Positions 40,583-51,381 are shown, numbered from the stretch's first letter. The stretch is DNA of 64,000 bases from an uncultured Methanobrevibacter sp. (GCA_902777885.1 CACYVR010000001.1:71880-135879), one strand, 5' to 3'. Notes: generated from the letters alone by a model not told the origin. Program-made: numbers and translations.

Positions 40583-42112
40583 TTATTCGTGAAAGGTTAC
40601 TTTAAATTGTATAGTTCGTAATTTATTATTAATATTTGAGATACGAATATAAGCATCTTTAACACTATTCACTGGCCCGCCAACTCTTTGATAAGATTCT
40701 TTCATTTCAGTATGAAGCTTTGTTATTGCATCCATTGGAGAGGAAAAAGAAAAACGTTCCATTTCATTTAATAATAAATTAGAAGTAGAATATACTTTTG
40801 CATTTGACATTGTGTCATTAACATGCATTACTACAAATATATTTGCTGCTTTTACATCTTCTTTTAAGGGGTTTCCTTTAGCTAAAGCAACATATGCAGC
40901 GTACTGTTGTATCAATTCAAAATAGCCAACGTAATATTTATATTGAGATGAATTTAAAAAATTCAAAAAATATGTTCCATAATGTTTTACTTGATTATTT
41001 AAACTAATTAAAAGTGATAGAAGATCCATACCTTGGATTTTTATTGTTGATTCAGTAACATTTTTTACAGAGGCTCTAATTTGTTGATTAATTGATTCTT
41101 TATCTTCTTCAAAAGTATTATATTGAACATCTACTTTATCCTGAGTTTCAAAAAAATCACTATCTTTTAAACCAATAGCATATTCTTCTTTAAATTGCCA
41201 TTGAGTCCTTTGTCCACCCTTTACGCCTTCTGTCATTGCTTTTTTTAAAAGTGTTGATACTGATCCCTCTGTCTTCATGAAATGTAAAATCGCTAAAGCA
41301 ACAGCATATTCTCCAAACTGACCTTTATAAAAACTCAATGTTGTAATAATATTTAGTTGTTCCAACAGCATATCCATTTTATCTAATATATTTACAATAT
41401 TATTATTACTCTTCATAGTTATAATGGTATTTTTCTCTAAATTACTTAATTCTTTCTCAAAATCCCGTTGAAGTTTTACTAACTCTTTGTAAATAAAATT
41501 TTTATTTTCATTTCTTTTTGATTCGGAATAAGCATTTTTAATAATTGTAAATAAACCTTCTTTTTCATCAATTAAATTGTTATTTAAATTTATAAGTTTA
41601 GTTTTAGTTAATCCCTCACCTTTTTTAATTGCTTTTATATGTTTCAATATAGCTTTTTTTTTCTTCCTAAAAGCAATCAATGTTTCCTCATGTATCAAAT
41701 TTCTTTGCCTATGAATTTTTCTTTTAAAAAGTTCAACTCGTTTTTTTTGTTCATCAATATCTGCTTGAGTTATTTTATTTTTTTCTGTTTTTGATTGTCC
41801 AGGCTTATATTCGTCAATTTTATACTTTATTTCTTCTGCGATCATTTGTTTTAAATAATTTTGAATCGCCACTCTTTCTTTGCGATATGCAGATTTAGAC
41901 AATAGATCATTTATATTGCTCTCAAACGAAGTTATTGTATCTGGTTCTAGTTTATCTTGTTCTATTTGTTTTTTTATATATGTCCGTGCTTTTTCATATA
42001 ATGCTGTATCAATATTTTCCTTTTTTTCTCTTCCTATTCCATACTGAAAATAATTATTAAAGTTTAAATGTACATAATTTCCTAGAGCACTTTTATTATT
42101 AAAATTTGCCAC
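40583..42112 (-). CDS. Hypothetical basic protein, possible PD-(D/E)XK-like C-terminal domain
   Basis: 509 aa; coiled-coil N-half; GEY...KVDV...ASVKN pattern. Confidence 0.6.
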   Translation of the reverse strand: MANFNNKSALGNYVHLNFNNYFQYGIGREKKENIDTALYEKARTYIKKQIEQDKLEPDTITSFESNINDLLSKSAYRKERVAIQNYLKQMIAEEIKYKIDEYKPGQSKTEKNKITQADIDEQKKRVELFKRKIHRQRNLIHEETLIAFRKKKKAILKHIKAIKKGEGLTKTKLINLNNNLIDEKEGLFTIIKNAYSESKRNENKNFIYKELVKLQRDFEKELSNLEKNTIITMKSNNNIVNILDKMDMLLEQLNIITTLSFYKGQFGEYAVALAILHFMKTEGSVSTLLKKAMTEGVKGGQRTQWQFKEEYAIGLKDSDFFETQDKVDVQYNTFEEDKESINQQIRASVKNVTESTIKIQGMDLLSLLISLNNQVKHYGTYFLNFLNSSQYKYYVGYFELIQQYAAYVALAKGNPLKEDVKAANIFVVMHVNDTMSNAKVYSTSNLLLNEMERFSFSSPMDAITKLHTEMKESYQRVGGPVNSVKDAYIRISNINNKLRTIQFKVTFHE

Positions 42113-42131
42113 TAATTATTCACCCCCATGT

Positions 42132-42171
42132 AAAAAAGCGGAAGTAACAGCCTATTGGCCGCCACCTCCGC
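42132..42171 (-). terminator. Intrinsic terminator after the major tail gene
   Basis: GCGGAGGTGGCGGCC-AATA-GGCTGTTACTTCCGC-TTTTTT, a stem with G-U pairs. Confidence 0.8.
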
Positions 42172-42192
42172 AATAATAAGTTTATTTAATTA

Positions 42193-43528
42193 TTAATTAT
42201 TAAAACCTGCATGGTCATATTCTGAACCATGTCTCATAACAGCATCTCTTTTTGTTTCAGATTGCTCTTCGTCAATAATTTGTAAAGTACATAATACTTT
42301 GTTCTTTTTATTAAAATATGTATATGCAGGCATAGCATCCATTGTAAAAGTAAATGTACTCGGGTCACCACTAGATGCCATTGTAAAAGTAAAATTAGAT
42401 TGAATCTTTACTAAAGGAATTGTTAAAATCGCAGGACAGTCTTTTCCAGAACTTTGTTTTCTTACAAGAGTATCTGCTTCAACATAATAAGTTCCTGCAA
42501 AATTCTCTGCATCAATTTGTAATTCCATAGCAACATTTTCTTTCTTTAAAATATAAAAATCTGCTACCACTGTATAATCACCAGTCATATATTGAGCAGG
42601 GGATCCAGAAATTTTAATCTTAGCGCCATCAATTGAGCTAACAGATAATTTATCAACTATTGATCCATCCTTTAAAACGGACAAATAAATTGGTGCCTTA
42701 TCACAAATTTCAGCTGTCCCGATTGCATCTTCAACATCTATATATGCAGTATTCTCTGCGATTGTTTTTGTTAATCGTACATACTGTGCACTACTTGCAT
42801 TTGCAGTTGGCAAAACATTAGCATCTGTAAGATAGTCTGCATTACTTTCTGCACCAAGATAATCAAGATATTCGATAGTCTCTGTGTTTGGTGAAAAGCG
42901 AGTATATTCATATACATCTGTACTGGGGTTGGTTTTTCTATAATATTCAATGGCGACCGTTGTTCCAGAAGCTGTTTCTATATTTCCGATAACCGTTTGA
43001 TGAACATGAACATCTTGACCATTCTCATTAAAAAGGCCTGCGCCAGAAAGAATTGAAAAGCCAAGAGGAGAAAGGAGAGCATCTTCAACTGTAAAAGTTA
43101 AAGTTTTTTCCCCTTCCCAAGTAATAAGCCTAGCATTTCCACGGCCACCTGTAGCATATACAGAAGTAGCTGCACCTTCAAGAGTTGAAGTTTTTGCTGA
43201 ATCGATATAAAGAACCGGCTGGCCTTTTTCAAAAGTCATATTACCAATGGTCTGTCTTGATGTGGCACGGAAAACCACATTAGTACATTCTCTTCATAAT
43301 TATATATAATTATGGACTATCTCTCATATAAACTCTAAGGTTTATATATACCCGTTTGGACTTGCGTACCAATAGCAAGCCTACCAAAACTATTAAGTCT
43401 TTTAGTCTCTACATCGCGGCTATAAAGCCATGACACGGGATTTTACCCCCGTTAGCACATAATTAATATGTACCCCCATGGTATTGGGATAGGGTATATC
43501 GGTACAAGCTATTCATACCAAATTTCAT
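42193..43528 (-). CDS. Major tail (tube) protein, spliced: exon 1 43528-43515, exon 2 43294-42193
   Basis: AGGAGG RBS before ATG 43528; the joined exons read MKFGIRECTNVVFRATS; C-terminal FTFTMASSGDPSTFTFTMD. Confidence 0.85.
43295..43514 (-). ncRNA. ORF-less group I intron (220 nt) in the major tail gene
   Basis: P1 GGUAU/GUACC with U-G at the 5' splice site; P3 AUAUACCC/GGGUAUAU; GCUAACGGG..AAUCCCGUG; P7 GACUA/UAGUC; terminal G; removal restores the frame. Confidence 0.92.
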
Positions 43529-43553
43529 ATTAGTTTATCCTCCTTATATTTTA

Positions 43554-44360
43554 CTATTTATTTAAAAAATCCTTAAATTTATCTTTTTTTCTTAGTAAAA
43601 ATAATTCAGGATTTTCTTTATACATAAATTTTCCTAATTTAATGGAGTCTCTTTTACCAAAAATTAATTCATAGCATGAAGCATTACAAAGATGTAAGTT
43701 ACCACCTTCGATTCCAGCTTCTTGCTTTAATATATCCCATAATTTTAATAAAAAATCTTTGCTGCCAGAACAAAATTTTGAATTAATACGCGGGCCGCCC
43801 TTAACGAACCAAACACTTCCATCTCCATCAAAATAACCTCTAATAAAATCTGGTAAAAATTCTTTTGGCACGCTAGGAAAAACTGCTGTAAAACTTTTTC
43901 TTTCAGATCCACCAAGAGCAACTATATCCCTATAAATAACAACACAACTAAAATTAATACGATAAGCTTGACGATTTACATAATCTTGAATCGGGCCTTC
44001 ATATTGTAACTTCTCCGCCATTCTCTTTAAAATATATTTATCTTTTGCGTGCGTTGTTATATCAAACATTTGCCCTTTATAAATACAACCATCTGCCCAC
44101 CAATAGCCTAAAATATAAGCCATATCTCGTGACCAAGTTTTAAAAAAATCTTGATTGATATGATATTTTCTTGCATTTTTAGATTGTATCTTAGATTTTT
44201 CTTCTGCACAAAGTTTTTTTATGTCATAACCATTATTATAGCAATAACTATAAATTTGATTCTTGGTATATTCATTATTAAAATACTCAACCCACTCTGG
44301 AAGAGTTTTATTAGCACTCTGAGATGCTAAAATGTTTTTATGCTCTTGAGCAATAGGCAT
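43554..44360 (-). CDS. Free-standing double-motif LAGLIDADG homing endonuclease
   Basis: AYILGYWWADGCI and DFIRGYFDGDGSV motifs; AAGGAG 9 nt before ATG 44360. Confidence 0.9.
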   Translation of the reverse strand: MPIAQEHKNILASQSANKTLPEWVEYFNNEYTKNQIYSYCYNNGYDIKKLCAEEKSKIQSKNARKYHINQDFFKTWSRDMAYILGYWWADGCIYKGQMFDITTHAKDKYILKRMAEKLQYEGPIQDYVNRQAYRINFSCVVIYRDIVALGGSERKSFTAVFPSVPKEFLPDFIRGYFDGDGSVWFVKGGPRINSKFCSGSKDFLLKLWDILKQEAGIEGGNLHLCNASCYELIFGKRDSIKLGKFMYKENPELFLLRKKDKFKDFLNK

Positions 44361-44373
44361 AAACATTCGCTCC

Positions 44374-45141
44374 TTATATATATTCTTCGTTGCCATTGGA
44401 TGATTGATGCAAATCTTTCATCCAATTATCAACATCTTCAATATCTTTTGCTCCCGCCATTTTTGCTTGAACATAGATATCATAAGCAACTTTTGCTTGA
44501 TACCTTTCAAATTCATCAAATAATTGATAAACTGAATATTTTATTAGTTCATTTTTATTTTTTTGTAAACCAACAGAAAGAATTGACATATATCTATCAA
44601 AAATAGAACTTTTTTCAGAATTACCTCGTATTTCCGCCAATTTTTTTTGTCTTTCTTTTAATTTTTCTACAATTCTGCGGCTTAGTTCACCACTAGGATT
44701 ATAATCATGTGTTTCACCGCCGCGATTTAAACAAAAAATTTCAGAAAAAATATCTCTTAATTCATCATAATTATTACGATTAATTGATGTTTTAAAAAAT
44801 TCTTTAGTAAGACTAATTTCAAATGGTGGTTTCCATTCTACCTCATATTGCGGAAATAAAATTTCTAACACCATTTTTGCGCTTTCTATTGGTTTTTTTA
44901 ACTCTGGCGAAGGCATCGAAATTATTTGCATTAATATATCAAAGTTTGTAATGTTCTCTAAATCAACTTTGTCATTCTCATTTAGGATATCTTTAGAAAT
45001 TCTTAATAATTCACAGCCTGGGAATAAAATATCCTGTCCGCCAATATAAGCAATTTCTTCTAATGAAGGCTGATGGACTGAAACCTGCGCACCCACAAAG
45101 GGAATGTCAATCTTTGAATTAAGAATAAAGGGATCAATCAT
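44374..45141 (-). CDS. Conserved morphogenesis-region protein
   Basis: Coupled ORF in the head-tail block. Confidence 0.65.
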   Translation of the reverse strand: MIDPFILNSKIDIPFVGAQVSVHQPSLEEIAYIGGQDILFPGCELLRISKDILNENDKVDLENITNFDILMQIISMPSPELKKPIESAKMVLEILFPQYEVEWKPPFEISLTKEFFKTSINRNNYDELRDIFSEIFCLNRGGETHDYNPSGELSRRIVEKLKERQKKLAEIRGNSEKSSIFDRYMSILSVGLQKNKNELIKYSVYQLFDEFERYQAKVAYDIYVQAKMAGAKDIEDVDNWMKDLHQSSNGNEEYI

Positions 45142-45734
45142 TTATATATACGCTCTGGAATAGGCCCATCTCTTTCAATTAAATCATCAGAGCCATGAAC
45201 AGCCGCATACATTAAAGTATAACCAGCCAAATCTTGATTAAGAATTAATTCACTGCATCCCATGAATTGAAAAGTTCCAATTCCAGAAAGTCGAGTTTTT
45301 TCCAATAGTCCATCTATATATCCACATATTTTTAGCGGGCGTAACTGATAGTTACCAATATCCCACGTATCAATATGACATATAATATCAAAAGTAACAA
45401 TACAATCTCTAAATTCTGGATTTCCACTTGGTGTAAAATTATCAAATGATATAATAATATAAGATTTTTTATCTTCATGCTCAGGCATCCTAATCTTTGG
45501 TTCAAGCTTTAAGTACCCATTTTCGCGCAAATATTTTAAATCTGCTTGCGCAACTATTTTCTTATATTCTTCATTTTCCGTATTTGACAAACAATCCTTA
45601 TTTGGAATTAATAATAATCTCTTTAAAGACTCACTATATTGTCTACTTTTAATAAATAATTTATAAAGAATTTCTTCTGTATCTTTTTCACAAGAAAGAA
45701 AAGATGATTTACATTTTTGTGTTAAATCAATCAT
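45138..45734 (-). CDS. Putative tail terminator / completion protein
   Basis: Position in the neck module; FDIICHIDTW...LRP pattern. Confidence 0.5.
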   Translation of the reverse strand: MIDLTQKCKSSFLSCEKDTEEILYKLFIKSRQYSESLKRLLLIPNKDCLSNTENEEYKKIVAQADLKYLRENGYLKLEPKIRMPEHEDKKSYIIISFDNFTPSGNPEFRDCIVTFDIICHIDTWDIGNYQLRPLKICGYIDGLLEKTRLSGIGTFQFMGCSELILNQDLAGYTLMYAAVHGSDDLIERDGPIPERIYK

Positions 45735-45749
45735 TTATCCTTTCACTCC

Positions 45750-46703
45750 TTAAAAAGATTCAACAATAATTGTTTTTGTAATTACCTCTGAATCAAGAGT
45801 ATAAGACAAGTTAAATTTAAAAGATTTTCCTGTTAAAATTTCTACTTGAATTTTATCTCCGCTGGCGGTAATCTTTACATTATTTGAATCTTTACTCCAA
45901 GTTCCACCTTGCGCAAGTCCAACTATTTCATATTCATTAATAGAATATGGTCCAACATATGATTCACCATCAATATAAGGCTGTCCCTCCTCGGGCTGAA
46001 TTAATTCAACTGCGGGGATACCCTCCTCCTCTTCAAGCGGATTATCGTAAGTTTCAAGCAGAACAACTTCAATTATATCATCTGCCGCAAATGAATCTTG
46101 CACTTGGCATTCATAAGGCTTACCTCTAACTTTAATTTTAGAGAACCTATGGAAAAATTCTCGTGTTTCTTCATTTTCTGTAATATACATAAGCAAACTA
46201 TAATTAAGGTTGTTCCAGTTGTCACCCTTCTTTTGATTCCAGTTTATTTTAGTTTCAACTGGCCCACGCACATAAACTTTATATTTATGTCCATTAATTT
46301 CAACTTCTTCTTTGCATCGTCTTACCTCTGCACGGAAGTAAGCAGTTTCTTCCAGGTTCCGCAAATAAATTAACCAATAAGTATCATTATCTACGTTTCT
46401 AAAAACTTGACCTGTTGAAATTTTGGTAGACTGTAATCCTTGTGTCGTAGTTCCAACTCGCTCTTGGTTTAAACATATATCATTAAACGGGATTGAAAGT
46501 GTCTTTTGGTCGTAGTCATTTTTAAGTTTATCTGGATTTAACAAAGCTCTATAATATTCGCCTTGTTCATTTTCCAACGTGATTGCTTGGTAGGAATACA
46601 ATAAAGCCTTTTTTAAGGTTCGAAGTTTATCTTCATTCATTCGATCCTGCTGTCTTGCTCCACCCATATAATTTAGCCGCAAATTCATATTATCTGTTAA
46701 CAT
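45750..46703 (-). CDS. Putative head-closure / neck protein with C-terminal Ig-like domain
   Basis: Position in the neck module; beta-rich C-terminus. Confidence 0.5.
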   Translation of the reverse strand: MLTDNMNLRLNYMGGARQQDRMNEDKLRTLKKALLYSYQAITLENEQGEYYRALLNPDKLKNDYDQKTLSIPFNDICLNQERVGTTTQGLQSTKISTGQVFRNVDNDTYWLIYLRNLEETAYFRAEVRRCKEEVEINGHKYKVYVRGPVETKINWNQKKGDNWNNLNYSLLMYITENEETREFFHRFSKIKVRGKPYECQVQDSFAADDIIEVVLLETYDNPLEEEEGIPAVELIQPEEGQPYIDGESYVGPYSINEYEIVGLAQGGTWSKDSNNVKITASGDKIQVEILTGKSFKFNLSYTLDSEVITKTIIVESF

Positions 46704-47007
46704 CCGCAGCCACCTCATTCACAATACTCAAACACTCAAAAACTGTTCTACGATATAACGCAAAATCTTCTTCATCATTAAGGGATTTCATTCCTTCTAA
46801 TTTACATAAAACAGAAAGTAATTTATCCTGATGACTAATAAAGATTTCTTTCATTCCCATAATTTCTTCAATTACTATTGAGAGGGGCCATTGCCAATCC
46901 GCGCCCTCTTCTCGGCTTGGTAGTAATTTATAAATTTGATTAGTTAACCTAACCAAATAACTCTTAACCGCTTGGTCTTCGAGTGTAAGCCCGTTCTTCA
47001 AAACCAT
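46690..47007 (-). CDS. Hypothetical protein
   Basis: Overlapping ORF in the neck module. Confidence 0.65.
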   Translation of the reverse strand: MVLKNGLTLEDQAVKSYLVRLTNQIYKLLPSREEGADWQWPLSIVIEEIMGMKEIFISHQDKLLSVLCKLEGMKSLNDEEDFALYRRTVFECLSIVNEVAADVNR

Positions 47008-47470
47008 AAGGCTCCATTAAATGACTCATTGTTGGAACAACTTTTCCTTCATTATCTTTTTCACGACGTTTATATAGTCGTTGTAAATGAAAGCCAATTC
47101 GTTCCCAATCTTTCTTCATAGACTGTAATTTTTGCATATGGTTAGCCTGTGAAGTGAATTCAAAATCTGAGCCACTATATTTCATTCTTGTATTTTCAAC
47201 ACTAGCTAATTGTTGACCAAGCCATTCAACAATCATATAGTGTGCTATAATATTAATTTCTTCTTTACTTAAAGATATATTATATGATGATGTATCACTA
47301 TCATAATCGTAAATATCTACACGCGGAAATTCAAACCAATGGAGCGCGTTTACAAAAAGTTCACCAACTAATTTTTCAGTATCCTCGCGTTCTAATTCCA
47401 TATACATATCATCAGTAATTTTAGAAAAAAATACTTCATATATTTCAGAGAAAGAGGTCGTATCTGACAT
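46964..47470 (-). CDS. Putative head-tail adaptor
   Basis: GGAGGAGG RBS; helical protein two genes after the major capsid gene. Confidence 0.55.
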   Translation of the reverse strand: MSDTTSFSEIYEVFFSKITDDMYMELEREDTEKLVGELFVNALHWFEFPRVDIYDYDSDTSSYNISLSKEEINIIAHYMIVEWLGQQLASVENTRMKYSGSDFEFTSQANHMQKLQSMKKDWERIGFHLQRLYKRREKDNEGKVVPTMSHLMEPYGFEERAYTRRPSG

Positions 47471-47490
47471 TGGAATCCTCCTCCCGTTAA

Positions 47491-48078
47491 TTACTTATCT
47501 AATCTTGTATACTTCGATTTTGCGGTAACAGGTTCTGCTTTTCTCGCAGGGGCAGTTTCGATCGCCTTTGCTTTCCGAACTGGTTTTACAGTTTTTTCAT
47601 CTGACTTGTTATCATCTTCATTCATTATCTCATTAACCGTAATTGCATTATCTATATTAAAACCAATTTTAGAAGTAATCAATTTTCTTTTTCTCATATC
47701 TGGAAGTTCTGTCTCAACACTAACTTTTTTTATTAATTCAATAACGCCATCTGGCGCAAAATTAAGACAATCTTCAAGCTGATCTAGACTTCCTTCCGTA
47801 AGAAGTTTTCTTACTTCCGTTTCCGTGTAAAAGTACTCTGGCTCTGTTTCAATCTGCAATGCAGACAATGCATCGGTATCATTAATAATAAAATAATTTA
47901 ATAAAGCATATTCTCCGCCAGGAGTCATTGCAAGTTCTTTTAATTCATCAACATCAATGTTGCGTGTTTGCCCTGGCGCGAATTCTCTTTTTATTCCATT
48001 TGGAAGAGTATAACAAGTAGTACCACGATTTCTATTTTGAATTGGTACTATAGTTCTTTTCGATATAATCTGTTCCAT
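47491..48078 (-). CDS. Hypothetical protein following the major capsid gene
   Basis: AAGGAG RBS; Lys/Ala/Pro-rich tail. Confidence 0.7.
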   Translation of the reverse strand: MEQIISKRTIVPIQNRNRGTTCYTLPNGIKREFAPGQTRNIDVDELKELAMTPGGEYALLNYFIINDTDALSALQIETEPEYFYTETEVRKLLTEGSLDQLEDCLNFAPDGVIELIKKVSVETELPDMRKRKLITSKIGFNIDNAITVNEIMNEDDNKSDEKTVKPVRKAKAIETAPARKAEPVTAKSKYTRLDK

Positions 48079-48104
48079 ATTTTTTCTCCTTTATCTCTTT
48101 TGAG

Positions 48105-48136
48105 TACAGGGAGATTAAAACTTTAATCTCCCTGTA
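48105..48136 (-). terminator. Hairpin after the major capsid gene
   Basis: TACAGGGAGATTAAA / TTTAATCTCCCTGTA inverted repeat. Confidence 0.7.
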
Positions 48137-48151
48137 AAGTTGTATCTATCA

Positions 48152-49180
48152 TTATCTTGTTAAGCTATAGTTATCATATACACAGAAGTCATTCGAGAAG
48201 ATAGCTCTTACGCCAACCTTCTTATAAACCTGAACTTCTCTTGAACGATCATAACCAACATATTCATCAACGATTGTGCCGCCTTCAAATGCGATCTTAA
48301 CAGGCTTTTCTACGCCAGAAGCAAAGATATAAGCAAAACGAGGATCAATAACCTTTGTCTGATTAGTCTCATCTTCAAAAGACTGGGGAAGAACAATAAC
48401 TCTGTGCCCTTTATAGTTAGCAAAGTAACCATTGTTCCATCTCTCATCTCTCATTCTATCAGAAACCCAACCCTGTGCAGGAACCATTGTTGCAGCAAAC
48501 TCAAACGTACAATAAATATCTGCTTTTGCGCCGTAAGAATCAGCAATTGCAAGAAGTGAATCCATCTTAACCTCATCAAAGTTATTTACTGAAACAACAT
48601 TTGTAGGCTGAATGTTACCAATAGCACCAAAGAGTTGTTTTTCAATCTCAACATAAATGCACTCATCCATACCCTCCATAACGATATCAAGCACATCTGC
48701 AAGATCTACCCTGCCATCGAGGAACTCTTCAAAGCCAATTTGAGCTGCTCCACCAATAGCGTTCATTGTAACTTCATAGCTTTTACCATCAAGCTTGAAC
48801 ACTTCGTAGATACCAGCCAAACCGACTTTTCCAATGAACTGCTTTGCACGTCTGCGAGAAGCCTGAGTAATTTTCTGTGTAAAGATAGGCTTTGTGCCCT
48901 GAGCAAAAGTCTTAATTTCAGCAAACTGACCATATTGCTCGAATACTTTCTGTGGGAATACTTCTTCAATAATCTCTTCCATAATCTGGAAAATTTCATT
49001 CTGATTACGTTTATAGGTTCTATAGTCAGAAGCCAACTCCTTAAGCTCAGCGCGGAATGTTTCATTTGCAGCTGAATAAGTCAAATTTTGACCATTGAAG
49101 CTGAACGCCGTAGCTGTTTTACGGTCTGCTCTAGCAACGACTTTACCTAATTCAATAATATCATTTATTGCTAATGCCAT
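48152..49180 (-). CDS. Major capsid protein
   Basis: 342 aa after portal, protease/scaffold and decoration genes; strong terminator downstream. Confidence 0.8.
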   Translation of the reverse strand: MALAINDIIELGKVVARADRKTATAFSFNGQNLTYSAANETFRAELKELASDYRTYKRNQNEIFQIMEEIIEEVFPQKVFEQYGQFAEIKTFAQGTKPIFTQKITQASRRRAKQFIGKVGLAGIYEVFKLDGKSYEVTMNAIGGAAQIGFEEFLDGRVDLADVLDIVMEGMDECIYVEIEKQLFGAIGNIQPTNVVSVNNFDEVKMDSLLAIADSYGAKADIYCTFEFAATMVPAQGWVSDRMRDERWNNGYFANYKGHRVIVLPQSFEDETNQTKVIDPRFAYIFASGVEKPVKIAFEGGTIVDEYVGYDRSREVQVYKKVGVRAIFSNDFCVYDNYSLTR

Positions 49181-49200
49181 ATTCGTTCACCTTCCTTTTA

Positions 49201-49899
49201 TTACGCAATTCTCTGAATCTTAAATCCAGGCTGTCCATCGGGCATTGTATACTCTTTTACGATTACCCACTTCATAAGAGTTGTATCACCAGTTTTAGAA
49301 AGTTCCATAGTCTTTCTTGTTGAATTGTACTCTGGCGCTACAATCTCACCTACTGAATATGTATCGCCATCTTTGAGCATATTCGTTGTGAAAATATCTC
49401 CAACATTCGTCTTAAGTAAACGAGGAGCAATTCCATCCATTCTATAAGGATATTCTGTATGTGTAGGATTAATACCAATGTCACCAGGAGCATAAGGTGT
49501 AGAAGGCGGAATTACAGATGGTGTATTAGGTGCACCTGTTGTCGTTGAACCGCCGCCATACGTTGTACCATCGGTATTTGCGGATGTAAGTCTGCCAATC
49601 ATTGCAGGATTGGTAACATAGTTATCTCCAACACGCATCATAGCAAAATCTTTGTAAGATAGCCAATCTTCATAAATTTTAATTTCATTATATACCAAAT
49701 ATGGCTCTGGAGCCGTACCATTAGTATCCTGACCAGTTACTGCGCCTTCACGATAGTTATAAAACATAAACTCACCATTTTGAAGCAAGTTAACATCTGT
49801 TGCAAGAGGCAGACTAGCATAAATCTGACCAGTTTTAATAGCAGAAAGCTGATTAGGCTCTACTTGGCCAAAGCCAATTCTGTTTAATGTAGTTGCCAT
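49201..49899 (-). CDS. Putative capsid decoration/cement protein
   Basis: Between scaffold and capsid genes; GFGQVEPN start, MPDGQPG end, Thr/Pro insertion. Confidence 0.6.
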   Translation of the reverse strand: MATTLNRIGFGQVEPNQLSAIKTGQIYASLPLATDVNLLQNGEFMFYNYREGAVTGQDTNGTAPEPYLVYNEIKIYEDWLSYKDFAMMRVGDNYVTNPAMIGRLTSANTDGTTYGGGSTTTGAPNTPSVIPPSTPYAPGDIGINPTHTEYPYRMDGIAPRLLKTNVGDIFTTNMLKDGDTYSVGEIVAPEYNSTRKTMELSKTGDTTLMKWVIVKEYTMPDGQPGFKIQRIA

Positions 49900-49919
49900 T
49901 TCTTTTTTCCTCCCTTAAA

Positions 49920-51305
49920 TTATTGTTTATTTTGCGTAGCTAAAACTGCTTTTATCCAAGCAGGAACAGCACACTCATCGTCAGAAAGTCTATAAGCTGT
50001 GATGTCAGCATTATTATCTTCTACTTTATTTTCATTTTTATCATTTGTTTCTAAATCAAAGTTGACCTTTTTTCTAAAACAAATTACAGAAAGTTTTGCT
50101 TCAATTTCATCAAGCGTATATTTTTCTTTATTAGCAATCACATCCGCTTTATCTTCATCAGCAAGCATATAGAACTTCTCAATCAAAGCATCTTTTTCTT
50201 TATTATCAATTTGCTTTTTAAACTCTATAAGACGCTCAATTTCTTTCTTATATTGTTCAGAAATTTTAGTTATATTATCATATTGAGTTTTCAATTCATT
50301 AAAAGCTTTTGAAACTTTTTCAAATTCAACTTGATAATCTACTTTTGCAGATTCCTCAGACTCTTCATTAGAAAATTCCTTTTTCTTTTTTTCAGCATCT
50401 TCTTCTTTAGAATCATCTTTTTCTGCGTCATCTCCGCCATCATCTTTCTTTTCTTCTGGCTGATCTTCTTTTTTCTCTTCATTGTCAGCCTTTTTAAAAT
50501 CAGCTTCTGGTTCTTCAATAGTAGCAGTTGTTGTAACTGTATCAGATTCAATAACAGCATCTTCAGTTGAAAGCTGCTCAATTGTTACATCTGTTTCCAT
50601 AGTGTCACTTCTCCTTTCTAAAGCATATTTTAATTCTTTCATCATGCTATATAAGGTAGTTTTAAAATCATTTTCATTTTTTGAAAAAGTTTTACTTACC
50701 ATTGGAGCTGTCACACTAGCCCCCTCAAAGCATGGCTCAACGTCTTCGCCTAATAAACATATTTTTGAAAACGTTGCATCATTTATAATAAAGAAATCTA
50801 TCCCAGAAGTAGAATCAGTGCTCCAATATCCATCAATAGAATCACCATCTAACTCCATAGATTGATTATTACCTTTTTCAATTACTCTACGAGCCTCTTC
50901 AAATTGTCCAGTCCAAAGATAGCCTGTAGTCATAAGATATTCTCTTACAATTTTATGTCCAAAATCATCTGTATCTTCAAATTCTTGGAACCAAACGCGG
51001 GCATCAGGTGATACAAAGCCATAAGGACGAGTTAAACAATTAAATTGAATCCCATTTCCGTCTATAATTAGTTGATCACCATGATCGCCGAAATCCGCTG
51101 CATCAGCACGATAATATCCAACAATCGGTGCTCCGCGCAATGTTTTTGCCATATCAGAAGCCACTTCTTTAGTAATATAGCTATGGTTTCGGTTTTGTCC
51201 AACATATAAAACTTTAATGTCACAAGAACTCATTAAAGGATTTATTTCAAGAGGTTGAAGATTGATAAATTCTGGAGACTTAATTGTTGCAACAGATTGA
51301 TGCAT
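49920..51305 (-). CDS. Prohead protease-scaffold fusion
   Basis: NRNHSYI, QSMEL and CLLG..VEPCFEGA N-domain, followed by an acidic coiled coil. Confidence 0.75.
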   Translation of the reverse strand: MHQSVATIKSPEFINLQPLEINPLMSSCDIKVLYVGQNRNHSYITKEVASDMAKTLRGAPIVGYYRADAADFGDHGDQLIIDGNGIQFNCLTRPYGFVSPDARVWFQEFEDTDDFGHKIVREYLMTTGYLWTGQFEEARRVIEKGNNQSMELDGDSIDGYWSTDSTSGIDFFIINDATFSKICLLGEDVEPCFEGASVTAPMVSKTFSKNENDFKTTLYSMMKELKYALERRSDTMETDVTIEQLSTEDAVIESDTVTTTATIEEPEADFKKADNEEKKEDQPEEKKDDGGDDAEKDDSKEEDAEKKKKEFSNEESEESAKVDYQVEFEKVSKAFNELKTQYDNITKISEQYKKEIERLIEFKKQIDNKEKDALIEKFYMLADEDKADVIANKEKYTLDEIEAKLSVICFRKKVNFDLETNDKNENKVEDNNADITAYRLSDDECAVPAWIKAVLATQNKQ

Positions 51306-51381
51306 AGTTCAAGTCCTCCTTTTCAACTTATCTATTGTATTTAAAAATCTTAAAAAACACATTAACAAAACGTGTCCAAAT

